Shown: positions 1-13,100 of the stretch, piece after piece
Position numbering within the stretch: position 1 is the stretch's first letter
How the letters are laid out: every line of letters starts with the position of its first letter
Assembly (NCBI GenBank): GCA_964016885.1
Contig: OZ024743.1
Location: forward strand, 369,892,001 to 369,956,000
Length of the DNA: 64,000 bases
DNA from: Eledone cirrhosa
Lineage: Eukaryota
Reading direction: 5' to 3'
Made by a program: the position numbers and the translations under genes
The notes under the pieces: model-generated
Databases searched by the model: none
Told to the model about the DNA's origin: nothing
Seen by the model: the letters and a program-made list of their open reading frames with translations, nothing else

Positions 1-147
1 TCAAGCAGCGAAGAAAGGGTGTGGGGGAGGGACAGATTCTACACCCCAGTCAGAGTGGTGCTTCAGCCATGCTCCACAGACAAAATGGCATAGGAATTAT
101 ATATTTATAATGTTATACTTATAATTGAAAGGCATTATATATTTATA

Positions 148-487
148 AGGTTAACTTTGCCTTTCATCCTTACGGGGTCGATAAAATAAAGTACCAGTAA
201 TATACTGGGTAATTGCTGGCCTTGTGCCTAAAGTAGAAACAATTATATATTTATAATCTTATACTTATAATTGAAAGGCATTATATATTTATAAGGGCGG
301 TGGATTGGCAGTATCGGTACAGGGTCGCGCGCCATGCTTTGATGCATTGAGTTACGGCCCTTGCCATTCTGAGTTCAAATCCCGCCGAGGTTAACTTTGC
401 CTTTCATCCTTACGGGGTCGATAAAATAAAGTACCAGTAATACACTGGTGTAATAGCTGGCCTTGTGCCAAAAAGGAGAAACAATTA
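148..487 (+). mobile_element. tRNA-derived SINE with Meta-type central domain (partial copy 148-245, fuller copy about 295-487)
   Basis: tRNA-like head (TGGCAGTATCGG ... GAGTTCAAATCC) followed by GCCTTTCATCCTTACGGGGTCGATAAAATAAAGTACCAG, which resembles the MetaSINE/Sauria-SINE core. The same sequence recurs at 9028, 9153, 52681 and 62520. Confidence 0.75.
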
Positions 488-600
488 TATATTTATAATG
501 TTATACTGAAAATGAAAAGAAGAATATAGTCCCCACAAGCTAGCTTGTCAACATACATACTATAGTGCAAAAAAACAAACAAAATATATTCATTAAAATA

Positions 601-1445
601 TCATCATCATCATCTTACATTTGCTTTTCCATGCTTGCATGGGTTGGATGGGTCCCTTTCAACACAGTATATCTCCACTCATTGCAATCCTTTGTTATCT
701 TTTCTGTGAGCTTCAATGATTTGAGATTAGCTCTCACTACTTCCGCCCAGGTCATCCTTGGTCTTCCTCTACTGCAGCTTCCTACCATTGAGATTTCCTG
801 GCACTTCTTCACCCAGCGATCATCATCCATGCACATCCGTACCAGTGCAGTCTTCTCTTCTGCACACATCTAATTCCTCTTATACTCAGTTACTCTCTCA
901 GTTTATCTATGCTACACCAGGGTACATGGTGACTATGGTTTTGACTCATGAAGTGAAGAGCAAGTGAGGCTCCTGAAAGTCTGTGGTGCAAATGAGCTAA
1001 CCATTTGCAACAATAATTTCAGGAAACCAGCCACCTACTTATCTGGCAAACACGTAAGTGAGATTGACTTCTTACTTTTTAGATGGTGAGATAGATGGAC
1101 AATATAGATAGATGGTTATGAATATTAAGTCATTCCTGGGGAAAAATACATTGCTCAACATAAGTTAGCACTTCCTCTTCATTTCATGAGTCATAACCAT
1201 AGCCACCATGTACCCTGGTGTAGCCATCCCAGTGCTGTCCTAGAAACGATCTGTTTCTTCTATACTCAGTCCTGCTTGTGGTGCATAGGTAGAGATAACT
1301 GTCATCATTCTGTTATCTATGACTGTTCTGAGCTTGATAATTCTGTCACTACCTCTACCTCAATTACGTTATCTATCTTCTTCTCAGCTAGTAGTATGTC
1401 TACTCTACCTACCTCATCAACATTTTTTACACAGAAGAGCTTGTA
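601..1445. mobile_element. Scrambled RTE LINE fragments (3' end on -, AP-endonuclease pieces on + and -)
   Basis: Minus ORF 615-869 contains GRPRMTWAEVV next to a (CAT)n tail. Endonuclease-like motifs include ICNNNFRKP and LLAEKKIDNVIEV. Confidence 0.7.
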
Positions 1446-1672
1446 AATATATATAAGTACACAATACTTGACATGAAAGTACACACACGCATGTAGCCTA
1501 AACACAAGAGTTAATACAAAGAAATTTGCTTCAATTAGATTATACTTATGGTATTTGATGTCATCTTCCTGCTTTTCACGGACACAATACTTGAAAGTGG
1601 TTTCTAAATTTTAAATTTAAATCAAACTTCAAAGCCACAAGACCAGAACATTTTGCTCTGAGAGTTCCTAAT

Positions 1673-1710
1673 ACTCTGAGGAAGGGATTTTTAAGGCCTG
1701 AAATATTAGT
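1673..1710 (+). ncRNA. Degenerate minimal hammerhead-ribozyme-like motif
   Basis: act-CTGAGGA-agg...cct-GAAA-ta-TT-agt, with only 3-bp stems I and II. Confidence 0.3.
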
Positions 1711-1850
1711 CCAAAAATAAAAATAAAATAATAATAATAAATACCATGTAACAAATTTTTTCAGTGCTTTTACTGTTCATTTCGCATTGCCTTAACCTAC
1801 TTAAACATATCATTTTCTACATTATAGACATATATATATATACATACATA

Positions 1851-3670
1851 CCTGAAAACTTCAGGTATGGTGGGCCACACCATAGTCTCCCACATTGTAA
1901 TCCAAGTCGTACAAAATGGTGTCATACCCAATGACTGGTGTAGTAGCATCATCATAAACTGCTACAAGGGCAAAGAAGATGCCCTAGATAGAGAAAACTA
2001 TAGAGGATTTATGTTGGTTCACCAGGTTATGAAGGTCACTGAAAGAGTCTTAGCTCAGCAGATTAGAGAATGTGTTAACATAGATGAGATGCAGTTTGGA
2101 TTTGTCTCAAGTAAGAGTACCACAGATGCCTTCTTCCTTGTAAGGCAACTGCAGGAGAAGTACTTAGCTAAGAGTAAGCTCCTATACCTGGCTTTTGTCG
2201 ACAGTAAGAAAACTTTTAACAGAGTCCCCTCTTCCATTATCAGGAGGGCTCTTAGGAAACTAAGAGTTGATGAATGGCTTGTGAGGGCAATTCAAACAAT
2301 GTATAGAAGAACAGCCAGCAAGGTCAGAATCAACAATAACTATAGTGAAGAATTTAGCATGCAGGTTGGTGTCCATCAGGGCTCTTTTCTCAGCCTTCTT
2401 CTGTTTATCATTATTCTGCAGGCAATAACAGAGGAGTTTAAGACCGGCTGCCCATGGGAACTTCTGTATGCTGATCAGCTAATCCTTATAGCCAAATCCA
2501 TATCTGAACAAGAGGTGAAATTCGAAGCCTGGAAGCTAGGCCTAGAATCTAAAGGTCTTAAAGTCAACCTGGCAAAGACTAAAGTCCTAGTAAGTAGAAG
2601 GGATACCAGATGTCCTCTGGGAAATGGCGCTGCTCAGTGTGCAGAAAAGAAGTAGGTGGAAATTCCATTCTATGTACCAAATGCAAGCAATGGGTACACA
2701 AGAGATGTAATGGGATCTCAGGCAGGCTAACAAAAATAATGTAGGTTTTACGTGTGCCAGGAGCACAAAGGCAGTAAGTTGTAAGAACTCTCAGGATACA
2801 ACCACCTTCAAATGCTCAAAGGGCTCAGTTGAAGTGGTAGATAGTTTCTGTTACCTGGGTAACCAAATCAGTAGTGGGGGAGGGTGTTCCGAAAGCACAG
2901 TAACCAGAGTGAGATCGGGTTGGAGAAAATTCAGGGAGCTACCACCGTTATTAATTACAAAAGATTTTTCTCTCAAAATGAAAGGCAGACTGTATGAGGC
3001 ATGTATACGAACAACAATGTTGCACAGCAGCAAGACCTGGGCACTGTGTGCGGAGGACCTGTGAAGATTAGAAAGAAATGAAGCCTCCATACTTTGCTGG
3101 ATGTGCAATAGCAATATACATGAATGGCAAAGTATAAATATACTGCATGAGAAATTAGGCTTAAGAGAGATCAATTGTTGCATGCAGGAGAGGAGATTGC
3201 ATTGGTATGGACATGTGATGTGTATGAAGGATGACAGCTGCCTAATAAGGAGCAGAGCACTCAAAGTCGATGGTAGCCATGGTTTGGGCAGGCCTAGGAA
3301 GACTTGGATTGAGGTAATAAAAGCTGACCTTGCACAATTACACCTCTCAAAGGCAATGTCACAGGACCATGATCTCTGGCGCTATGCAGTTTTACAGAAA
3401 ACTCACCCACTATTATTCTCAGGATGAGGCTTATACCTAGTAGGCAACACCTTCCTCAACCTTCTATCCCACCCTCATTTACCTCAAGTAGTTGTGTAGG
3501 TGTCATGACAAAAAGTGGCCAGTCCACACTGTAATGTGGTTGAAGGTAGGAAGAGCACCCAGCTGTAGAAGCCATGTTAAAATCTGCCCTGGGTGAGCTA
3601 AACATGGTCCTCTTGCCTGTTTTTTCCCTAAGGGTCAATCCGTTCAACCCATGAATGATGGATGCTAATT
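1851..3670 (+). mobile_element. RTE-clade LINE, 5'-truncated, degraded RT plus 3' UTR
   Basis: ORFs 1867-2655, 2834-3064 and 3101-3427 carry QFGF, GVHQGS, LLYAD, FCYLG and RRLHWYGHV motifs, with stops and frameshifts. Confidence 0.92.
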
Positions 3671-3750
3671 GACCAGGTTGATGATATATATATATATTTA
3701 TGGGAGTATATGTATGAAGTATGTATGTATATGTATGATATATGTATGTA

Positions 3751-6580
3751 TGAAGAAGGATTCAGGCTTCTAGAATTCTGCGACGCCAATGACATGTCGA
3801 TATGCAACACAAACTTCAAAAAACCCGACAACCACCTGATCACCTATAGATCAGGGGAGCATTCTAGGCAGATAGATTTTATCCTCATCAGAGAATGTGA
3901 CAGATAGACAGCTGTAAACACAAAAGCCTTCCCTCGTGAGGAATGTACCTCCCAATATAGCTTAGTTGTCAGCGACCTCACGGTCAGAACTAGACGAACG
4001 TGGAAACAGAGGCCAACCTGGAGAAGAAAGATCTGGAAGCTGAAAGACCCCTCAGCCAGTAACAGATTTAAAGATATTTTACTCAACGCCTACGACAGTA
4101 AAGAAGAACAGATAGAAACATTCAATGTAGAAGAGCACTGGGAGTTCCTAAAAAAATAACTTACTAAAGGCGACGGATGAGATCTGTGGCTGGAGTAAGA
4201 CCACAGGCAGGAGGAGAGTGACTTGGTGGTGGAACAATAAGGTAGATGAGGCAGTTAAGGCCAAGAGATAAGCATAGAAAGAATGGAAGACCGGGGGAAG
4301 CAGGGTACATTACATAGAGATCAGGAGGGAAGCTAGGCGACAAGTATACTTAGCTAGGAGGGAAGCAGAGGATAGAAAATTCATGCATGTTTTGCAACAT
4401 GCGGACCAGAAACAAGAGGTGTTCAAGATTGCGAGACAGTGTGTCAGAGAGAAATGTGATGTCATTGGAGAGAAGTGTATCTGGAATGATAAAGGTGAGC
4501 TTGCCCTCACAAGTGCTGAGAAGAAAGATGCATGATAGATTACTAAATGAGGAGAATGCATGGGAAGAAGACACCTACCCCAAGTAAACCCTATAGAAGG
4601 GCCAGCAGTACAAGTCAGCAGCAGCATAGTAAGTAAGGCAATCAAAGATATGAAGATGGGGAAGGCAACCGGTCCATCGGGTATAGTTGCTGAGATGCTG
4701 AAGGTATCTGGGTCTGTAGGTCACACTATAACCACACGTATTGTTAACCAGGTAATACTAGAAGGTGTCATACCAAAGGATTGGTGCAGTAACATCATTG
4801 TCAACTGCTACAAAGGTAAAGGTGATGCACTAGATAGAGGAAACTATAGAGGTATAAAGCTGATGGACTAGGTCATGAAAGTAACAGAAAGAGTTATAGC
4901 ACAGTTGATTAGGGACCGGGTGAAACTAGATGCGATGCAATTTGGGTTTGTACCAGGAAGAGGTACCACTGATGCCCTCTTCCTTGTGAGGCAATTACAG
5001 GAAAAGTACCTAGCTAAAAAAACCCACTCTACCTGGCATTCGTCAATCTCGAGAAAGCCTTTCCACATGCTATAATCTAGTGGGCTCTTAGAAAACTAGG
5101 AGTAGATGAATGGCTTGTGAAAGCTGTACAAGCCATGTATAGGGGAGCAGTCAGCAAAGTTAGGATTAGCAATGAGTATAGCGAGGAATTTAGCGTACAG
5201 GTCGGTGTCCACCAGGGCTCTGTTCTTAGCCCTCTCCTGTTCATCATAGTCCTGCAGGCAATAACGGAGGAGTTTAAGACCGGATGCCCATGGGAACTCC
5301 TGTATGCAGATGACCTCGCACTTATAGCTGAATCTATGGTAGAACTAGAGAAGAAATTCCAAACTTGGAATCAGGGACTAGAAAGGAAGGGTTTCAAAGT
5401 CAACCTGACAAAGACTAAGGTCCTTGTAAGTAGTTGAGAAAACAGAACCCAGATCCCCTCAGGGAAATGGCTTTGCTCAGTATGTAGGAAAGGTGTAGGT
5501 AGGAACTCCATTCTCTGCCCCAAATGCAAACAATGTGTACACAAGAGATGTAGCGGGATCTCAGGAAGTTTAGTTAAGAATGTAGGCTTCACATGTAGCA
5601 GCTGCGCTGGGACAGCAAGCAGCAAACAGCCTCAGGAAACAAGTACCACCAATCTCGGGTGGGGGGGGGGGAGCTCTGTAGAAACAGTAGACAGCTTCTG
5701 CTACCTAGGTGACCGAATTAGCAGCAGAGGTGGGTGTTTAGAAAGTACAATAACTAGGGTAAGAACGGGATGAAAGAAGTTCAGGGAGCTAGTGCCACTG
5801 CTAGCTGCAAAAGGCTTTTCCCTCAAAATGAAAGGCAGACTGTATGATGCGTGTATACGAACAGCAATGTTACATAGTAGTGAGACCTGGGAACTGAAGG
5901 TGGAAGACTTATGTAGATTAGAAAGAAACAAAACTTGCATGCTCCAATGGATGTGTAATAGTAATATACGTGAATGGCAAAGCATAAATGAATTGAGAGA
6001 GAGACTGAACATCAGAGGAATCAAATGCTGTGTGCAGGACAGGCGGTTGCGTTGGTATGGACATGTGATGCGTATGAAGGATGACAGCTGCATAAAAAGG
6101 TGCAGAGCACTAGAAGTCAATGGAAACCGCGGAGTGGGGAGACCCAAGAAGACCTGGGATGAGGTGATAAAAGCCGACCTTACCCAATTACACCTCTCAA
6201 AGGTGATGACACATGACCGTGACCTCTGGCGTCACGCAGTAATACAGAGTACCTGACCTCCCATGGGTACAAGCCGAAGCTGAAGCATATATGCCCCCAC
6301 ACCCTCCCACTGCAAAATAGTCATGGAGGTGCCATGGCAAAAAAGCACCCAGCCTACACTGTAAAGTGGACGTGTAGGCGCCACGGTAAAAAGCACCCAG
6401 CACTCACTGCAAATGAGGTTGGTGTTAGGAAGGGCATCCAGCTGTAGAAATCAAGCCAAAATCAGTTCCTGTATAAGCAAGGTATGGTCAGCCGACCAGA
6501 CACTGCCCACAACAGGACAACCCGTCTAACCCATGCTAGCATGGAAAAATGGACGTAAAACGGTGATGATGATGATGATG
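3751..6580 (+). mobile_element. RTE-clade LINE (endonuclease end, RT, 3' UTR, (GAT)n tail), disrupted
   Basis: QIDFILIR, NYRGIKL, QFGFVPGRGTTDA, LLYADD and RRLRWYGHV motifs. Ends in CCATGCTAGCATGG and (GAT)n. Confidence 0.95.
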
Positions 6581-6689
6581 ATATTACGTGCATGGTATAT
6601 GTTTATGCACGCAAATATTTATATAGATGTATGTCATAATCATGATATGTGCATGTATATATATATATGTATATTATACTGGTACCACA

Positions 6690-7045
6690 TACATCCAGCC
6701 CTCTCTGTAAAGTGATCGTGTAGGTGTCACAACAAAAAGCACCCAGCCCACACTGTAAAATGGACGTGTAAATGTGGTTGGCATTAGGAAGGGCATTCAG
6801 CCGTAGAAAACCAGCCCCAAAACGTTCAGCCCACACTGTAAAGTGGACGTATAAAAGACACGGCAAAAAGCACCCAGCACACACTATAAACGTGGTCGGT
6901 GTTAGGAATGCCATCCATGTGTAGAAAACCAGCCAGAAACTCTCCTATATGAGCGAGACAACTTGTTTCTAAATGGGACAAATCCGTCTAACCCATGCTA
7001 GCGTAGAAGATAGACATTAATCGATGATGATGATGATGATGATAT
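6690..7045 (+). mobile_element. RTE 3' UTR-only fragment with internal short tandem repeats
   Basis: Repeated CACCCAGCCCACACTGTAAA units, plus the RTE tail CCGTCTAACCCATGCTAGC and (GAT)n. Confidence 0.75.
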
Positions 7046-7089
7046 ATATATATATATGCATGGAAACAGTATATATATATGTATATATG

Positions 7090-8980
7090 TAGGCATGGAA
7101 ACAATGGAAGAACGGGGGAAGCAGGGTTCTTTACATAGCGACCAAGAGGGAAGCTAGGTGACAAGTACACTTAGCTAGAAGGGAAGCAGAGGACAAATAA
7201 TTCAAGCATATTTAGCAGCATGAGGACCAGAAACGGGAGGTGTTCAGGATTGTGAGGCAGTGTGTTAGTGAAAATTGCGATGTCATTGGTGAGAAGTGTG
7301 TCTGGGATGATAAAGGTGCATTTGCCCTCACAGATGCTGAGAAGAAAGAAGCATGGAAGAGTCATTATATAAGATTAATGAATGAAGAGAATGCATGGGA
7401 GGAGTAAGAGACCCTACCCCAAGTGGACGCCATTGAGGGCCCAGCAGTATAAGTCAGCAGCAGTGTAGTTAGTAAAACAATTAAGGATATGAAGGCTGGG
7501 AAAGCAGCCAGTCTATCAAGTATAGTTGCTTAGATGATGGGTCAGTAGCACATACCATAAACCATAAAACTAGGAGTAGATAAGTGGCTTGTGAAGGCTG
7601 TACTAACCATGAATAAAAGAGCAGTCAGCAAAGTCAGGATTAACAATGACTATAGCGAGGAATTTAGCATACAAGTTGGCATCCACCAGTTCTCTGTCCT
7701 TAGCCTGCTCCTGTTTATTATTGTATTGCAAGCTATAACAGAGGAGTTTAAGACCAGCCGCCCATGGGAACTTCTGTATGCGGATGATCTTATGCGGTAG
7801 AACTAGAGAAGAAATTGAAAACATAGAAGCAGGGCCTAGCAAGAAGGGGTTTTAATGTCAACCTGACAAAGACTAAGGTCCTAGTAGGTAGAAGAGAAAA
7901 CAGAACCTAGATCCCCTTGGGGAAATGGCCTTGCTTAGTATGTGGAAAAGGTGTAGGTAGAAACTCCATCCTCTGCCCCATATGAAAACTATGAGTACAC
8001 AAGAAATGTAGTGGGATCTCAGGAAGTTTAGCTAAGAATGTAGGCTTTAGATGTAGCAGTTGCACTGGGACAGCAAGCAGCAAACAACCACAAGAAACAA
8101 GCACTAATAAATTCTGGGAGGGCTCTGTAGAAACAGTAGACAGCTTCTGCTCCCTAGGTGACTGAATTAGCAACGGTGTTCTGAAAATACAGGAGCCAGA
8201 GTAAGAATGGGATGCAAGAAATTCAGGGATCAACTACCACTGCTGGCTGCAAAAGGCTTTTCCCTCAAAATGAAAGGCAGACTGTATGATGTGAGCATAC
8301 AGACAGCAATGTTGCATGGTAGTGAGACCTGGGCGCTGTGTGCAGAAGACTTGTGTAGATAGGGAAGAAATGAATCTTGCCTGCTCCGATTGATGCGTAA
8401 TAGTAATATACGAGAACAGTAAAGCATAAACAAACTTACAGAGAAACTAGGTATAAGAAGAATCAAATGGTGTGTGCAGGAGAGATTACATTGGTATGGA
8501 CATGTTCATAAAAAGATGCAGGATGCTCAAAGTCAATGGAAGCCTTGGAGTGAGGAGACCCCAGGAAGACTTGGGATGAGGTGATAAAAGCCAGCCTTGC
8601 TCAACAATTGCACCTCTCACATGTGATGACACAGGACTGAGATCTCTGGCAATATACAGTAATACAGAAGACCCGACTTCCCACAGGCACAAGCTGAAGC
8701 ATATATACAGTATGCCCCCAACAGGCTGAAGTAAATGCATTCAGTGAAGCCCCCAGCTCACACTGTAAAGTGGTTGTGATGATGACATTGCAAAAATTGC
8801 CCAGCCCACACTGTAAATGAGGTTGGCATTAGGAAGGGATTCCAGCTGTAGAAACCAAGCCAGAATCAGTTCTGTATGAGTAACACATGGTCACCTGACC
8901 TAGCATTGCCCACACCAGGACAACTCGTCTAACCCATGCCAGCATGGAAAAATAGACATAAAATGGTGGCGATAATGATG
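7090..8980 (+). mobile_element. RTE-clade LINE, internally deleted and degraded
   Basis: Similar to 4270-6580. LLYADD near 7780 and the same 3' tail. Confidence 0.9.
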
Positions 8981-9027
8981 ATATGTGTATATACACACAA
9001 ATATATATATATCATCATCATTATTAT

Positions 9028-9352
9028 GGGCGGTGAGTTCAAATCCCGCCGAGGTTGACTTTGCCTTTCATCCTTACGGGGTCGATAAAATAAAGTACCA
9101 GTAATGCACTGGGTTATTGCTGGCCTTGTGCCTAAAGTAGAAACAATTATTATGGGTGGTGGATTGGCAGTATCGGTAGAGGGTCGCATGCCATGCTTTG
9201 CAGCAAAGAGTTACGGCAACCTTATGGTCTGAGTTCAAATCCCGCGAGGTTAACTTTGCCTTTCATTCTTACGGGGTCGGTCGATAAAATAAAGTACCAG
9301 TAATACACTGGGATAATTGCTGGCCTTGTTCCAAAAGTAGAAACAATTATTA
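9028..9352 (+). mobile_element. Two tandem Meta-type SINE copies
   Basis: Same head and core sequence as 295-487. Confidence 0.8.
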
Positions 9353-9441
9353 TGATATATATATATATATATTATGTTGGTACCACATAATATATATCAC
9401 ATACACAGGGGAAAAAACTATATATTTTCGCCTCTTTCAAG

Positions 9442-9522
9442 TTCCAGCAGAGAGCACTGTCCTGATGAGAACCAGAGCTCAAAATGCACATAAACAGTTG
9501 TCCCCTGCTGCTTCTGCTGGAA
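9442..9522 (+). ncRNA. Decayed type I hammerhead ribozyme with long stem I
   Basis: TTCCAGCAGA (9442) pairs with TCTGCTGGAA (ending 9522). CTGATGA at 9462-9468, stem II ga..c/g.tc, AAAA in place of GAAA, and tgcacaTA followed by aacag pairing with ctgtc. Confidence 0.55.
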
Positions 9523-10143
9523 TCCACTAGACGGGGTGGTCTTTCAATATTCAAAGCTGGGCTAACAGAATGTTTATGTATTAAACATATCATGTATCTT
9601 TAGATATATGAAATTGATATACATGTATGTATACAGCTATACTGAAGCTAAATTTTAATTTATAAAATAGTTTAGACAAGTTGATAACACAACCATATAA
9701 GGCAAATATATCATTTTCCACATTATATATATATATCATAATAATTGTTTCTACTTTTGGCACAAGGCTAATTTCATCGTCTTATTGTCTAATCAACCAA
9801 CGAGAGTAATTGTTGCTCAAAAGCATCTGCCACTTTGTTTCCACGTTTATTTATCGTTTCCTTTCGAATCTTCCTCCAGTATTTCGTCGTTTATCATCAA
9901 AAATATTTTTCTCGTTTTGGTAAGTTATATTGTTAATTTATATATGACTTTTTAAATTTATATTAACTATTAAAAGTCTGTAATTATTTTTATACATCTT
10001 ACAATAATATTTATAAGATCATTTATAAAATAACAATTATATAATCTAATTACATTGCAACAATAATTTATTATTAATATATATCATGTTTAACGAGTTA
10101 TTACAAGCGTTGCCTTAAAAAAATATTAAATTAGACCTGAAAA

Positions 10144-10543
10144 ATGCGCAAGCTCATAAGAGCCACAGAATGTTATAATAAACCTTCAAAAGTGTGGGAC
10201 TAGAGTTGTTGCTCAAAAATATTGTAATCATTATCTATGCGTACTCTGTGGCATCCTTTTATGAAAAAAAAAGAGACACGATAATTATTTAAGTGAATTT
10301 ATAATATAGAATTCGGTTTAAGTGCATTTCGTATTAATCATTACTAAACATCTAATATGAGATATTGAACATTAGCTTAAATAGTTATCGTGTCGTCTTG
10401 AGTTCGTTATGAGTCTCTTTTTTATAAAAGGATGCCACAGAGTGTACGATAGATAATGATTACAATATTTTTGAGCAACAACTCTAGTCCCACACTTTTG
10501 AAGGTTTATTATAACATTCTGTGGCTCTTTTGAGCTTGCGCAT
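10144..10543. repeat. Inverted repeat (arms about 150-165 bp) with a degenerate hammerhead-like motif in the spacer
   Basis: 10144-10292 is the reverse complement of about 10376-10543. The minus strand at 10316-10349 reads gttta-GTAATGA-ttaatac-GAAA-tgca-ct-taaac. Confidence 0.8.
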
Positions 10544-11127
10544 ATATGTGTAATAGGTAAACAGAAATAAGAACACAATCGGTACAATATATGGAAGGAA
10601 TATATTAATTGAACGCGTGAAGTAGTAGGGAGAGGGTCTTGACGTTTCGGAGGCTAGAACGAGAAAGGCGGAATCGGTAAAGATGTTTTTAGAGAAAAAT
10701 AACAGGTCCATTCATGTTGCTATCACTTAGAAAACTGTTGATGTTGGCGTTTCGTGTATGATATACTTTTTTAAAAAAGTGCATGATGGACGCTTCTACC
10801 TGAAAGGGGAAAAAAAAGAAACGTTTTGCATATAGAGCTATACGTGTGTGTATGCGTATGTGCGTGTGTGTGTGTATATATATATGTGTGTTTATTTATT
10901 GTGTATTGAATTTATGTGTTATATATGTGTATATATGTAGTTGAATGTATTTAACTTATTGTACACTAATTATTGTTATCCTAAAAATATTCCTTTCACC
11001 TCTGTTAATACAGTTTGTTTAGGCTATTATTTTAACCAGCAGAAAAACCGCCCATGGGCATATGTAGTGTGCATATTGCTATTATACGCAAATATATTTA
11101 TGTAAATTGAAAAGTAAATTGACAATA

Positions 11128-11805
11128 TCTTCTTCTTCGCCCACTTATTTCTGAGGGGGTTGTGGGGGCAGAGTCCTTCTCAAACACTCCTTCCAGCGAG
11201 TCGGTCAGAAGCAAACATCTCTAACTGATCCAGCTGGATCCCAAAGTGCAACCAGCCAAGCTCATGGATGTTATCCAAATATCTTGCCCAGGGTCTACCT
11301 CTGGGTCCCTTGACGGTTGGTTTTGCCTGTAAAATGTGTCCAGCGATTCTTTACTGAGACATTCTAACTACATGCTCATAATGTCAGAGTTGTGATCTCT
11401 CAATTCAGAGAAGTAGTGGCTCTACCAGGAGTGACTGTCTGGTCTCTGAGTTATGCACTTTATCGAGTAACGTTACTCCAAAGACCCTTCGGAGGAATCC
11501 CATTTCTGCCGCTTTTATTTGCAATTGTATTCTTTTGGTCATTACTCAAGATTCATGATCCTCGGTAAGAGTTGGCAGGAATACCAGGAAGACAACGAGC
11601 TTGGCTTTTGCACCTACCCCTTCATCTGATTGCTGATTGCTGAGGCTGGCGCTTTACTGCATCAGCTTTAGCAATTCTTGCACTCAATTTAGCCTCCTGC
11701 ATTCCATCACTCATGAGCACAGCTCCACAATACTTGAACTTCTCTAACTGCTTCAGTAGAACTCCATTCACATGTATATAAATTTGAGGGACTTCTGTCC
11801 GCTCG
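11128..11805 (-). mobile_element. Second RTE-group LINE family, 3' fragment
   Basis: LKQLEKFKYCG...ARIAKA motif and a (GAA)n tail at 11128. Homologous to 30580-31010. Confidence 0.8.
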
Positions 11806-11959
11806 TCCATCACACAATGTGTATGTGTGTTTGTGTGAATGTATGCGTGTGTAAAAGGAAGCAAAGGGATACACACATATATGTCTCTAACTTAAAACAG
11901 TGACACACACATGTCTCTAATTTAAGAACACTGACAACCTCGCACGCACATACACACAC

Positions 11960-12632
11960 TGTCCTATTACCACTTAAGAGGTTTGGCCCGGGCAAACATC
12001 CTCTAAATTTTAGAACTGTCTGGTTGTCCAGAATTGATGGGAAAATACTTAACGGTCTTACTCTGTGCTCCTGGTTAAGAGGCAGGTGCCTTACCTGGGA
12101 CGTCACCGTTAGTGGCTCTTTTGCTTCTTCCCACATCCTGGGCAGCATACACAGCTGAACGGAACAAAATCCTAAAATACTATGTTCTGTTAGCTAACTA
12201 CATTATCCAGCCTGTGGCGTTCGAGACGTTTGGAGGAGTCGGGCTACTGATTGCGAGGTTCTTATCTTCACTGGCGGCTCGCCAAACAGAGGTAACTGGT
12301 GATGCTCGAGAGGGCACTTGGTTATTCCAGCATCTCAGCCTCACCATCACCCCAGGTAACGCTGCAAGCGTGCTGGCTTGCCTAAACAATTATTAGAGAG
12401 GTTCCCAGTGCTCCTCGCTATATTGCTATCTTTTGCTCTGGTAGCGTCTCGTTTCTCTACTCTTTCGCCTGCATATTGTTCTGTGTGGTCTAAGATGTGG
12501 GTATTACATGCTTGTGTATTTTTTCTCTTTCTTTTTTCCTTTCCCTTTCCTTTGTATATATTATATTTGTTAGTGTTTTCGTTCTGTAAGCATTATATTA
12601 AATTTTTATATAAATGAGTTTAAAAAAAAAAA
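11960..12632 (+). mobile_element. CRE-clade non-LTR retrotransposon 3' end (restriction-like endonuclease domain) with poly(A)
   Basis: RGRCLTWDVTV...AERNKILKY...PVAFETFG...TGDAREGTWLFQHLSL...GNAASVL is the typical CRE C-terminus. Poly(A) near 12621. Confidence 0.75.
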
Positions 12633-12786
12633 GAGTTAAACTGTGTTGTTAATAAATAAATAAAAAGTTGTTCTTTTAACCCTCCTATTTCCAATTCACC
12701 AAACGCTATCATGACTGTATGTGTGTGTTTGTGTAAATGTATATGTATGTATGTGTTTGTGTGAAAGTATGTGTATTTGTGTGAAT

Positions 12787-13100
12787 GGGGAGTCACAGTT
12801 AGTGACTCTTGCTTCTTCCCACATCCTGGATGCAGCGGTAAGGGTGACAGCTACAGGATATATATTATATTTGTTTGTGTTTTCGTTCTGTAAGCATTAT
12901 ATTAAATTTTTATACAAATGAGTTTAAAAAAAAAAAGTTAAACTGTGTTGTTAATGAATAAATAAAACGTTAAACTTGTTTTACCTTCCCATTTCCAATT
13001 CACCGAACGCTATCATGACTGTATGTGTGTGTTTGTGTAAATGTATATGTGTGAATGTACGTATGTGTTTGTGTGAGAGTATGTGTATTTATCTGAATGT
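12787..13100 (+). repeat. Deleted second CRE 3' end plus duplicated downstream flank
   Basis: GTCACAGTTAGTGACTCTTGCTTCTTCCCACATCCTGG matches about 12102-12140. 12860-13095 repeats about 12557-12785. Confidence 0.7.

Noticed and set aside
295-385. tRNA gene, here and at 50187
   Set aside because: A and B boxes are present but no full cloverleaf. These are SINE heads.
9879-9919. Possible upstream exon (CTCCAG ... TG|GTAAGT)
   Set aside because: The phase-compatible translation ISSFIIKNIFSRF has no CNB-domain resemblance.
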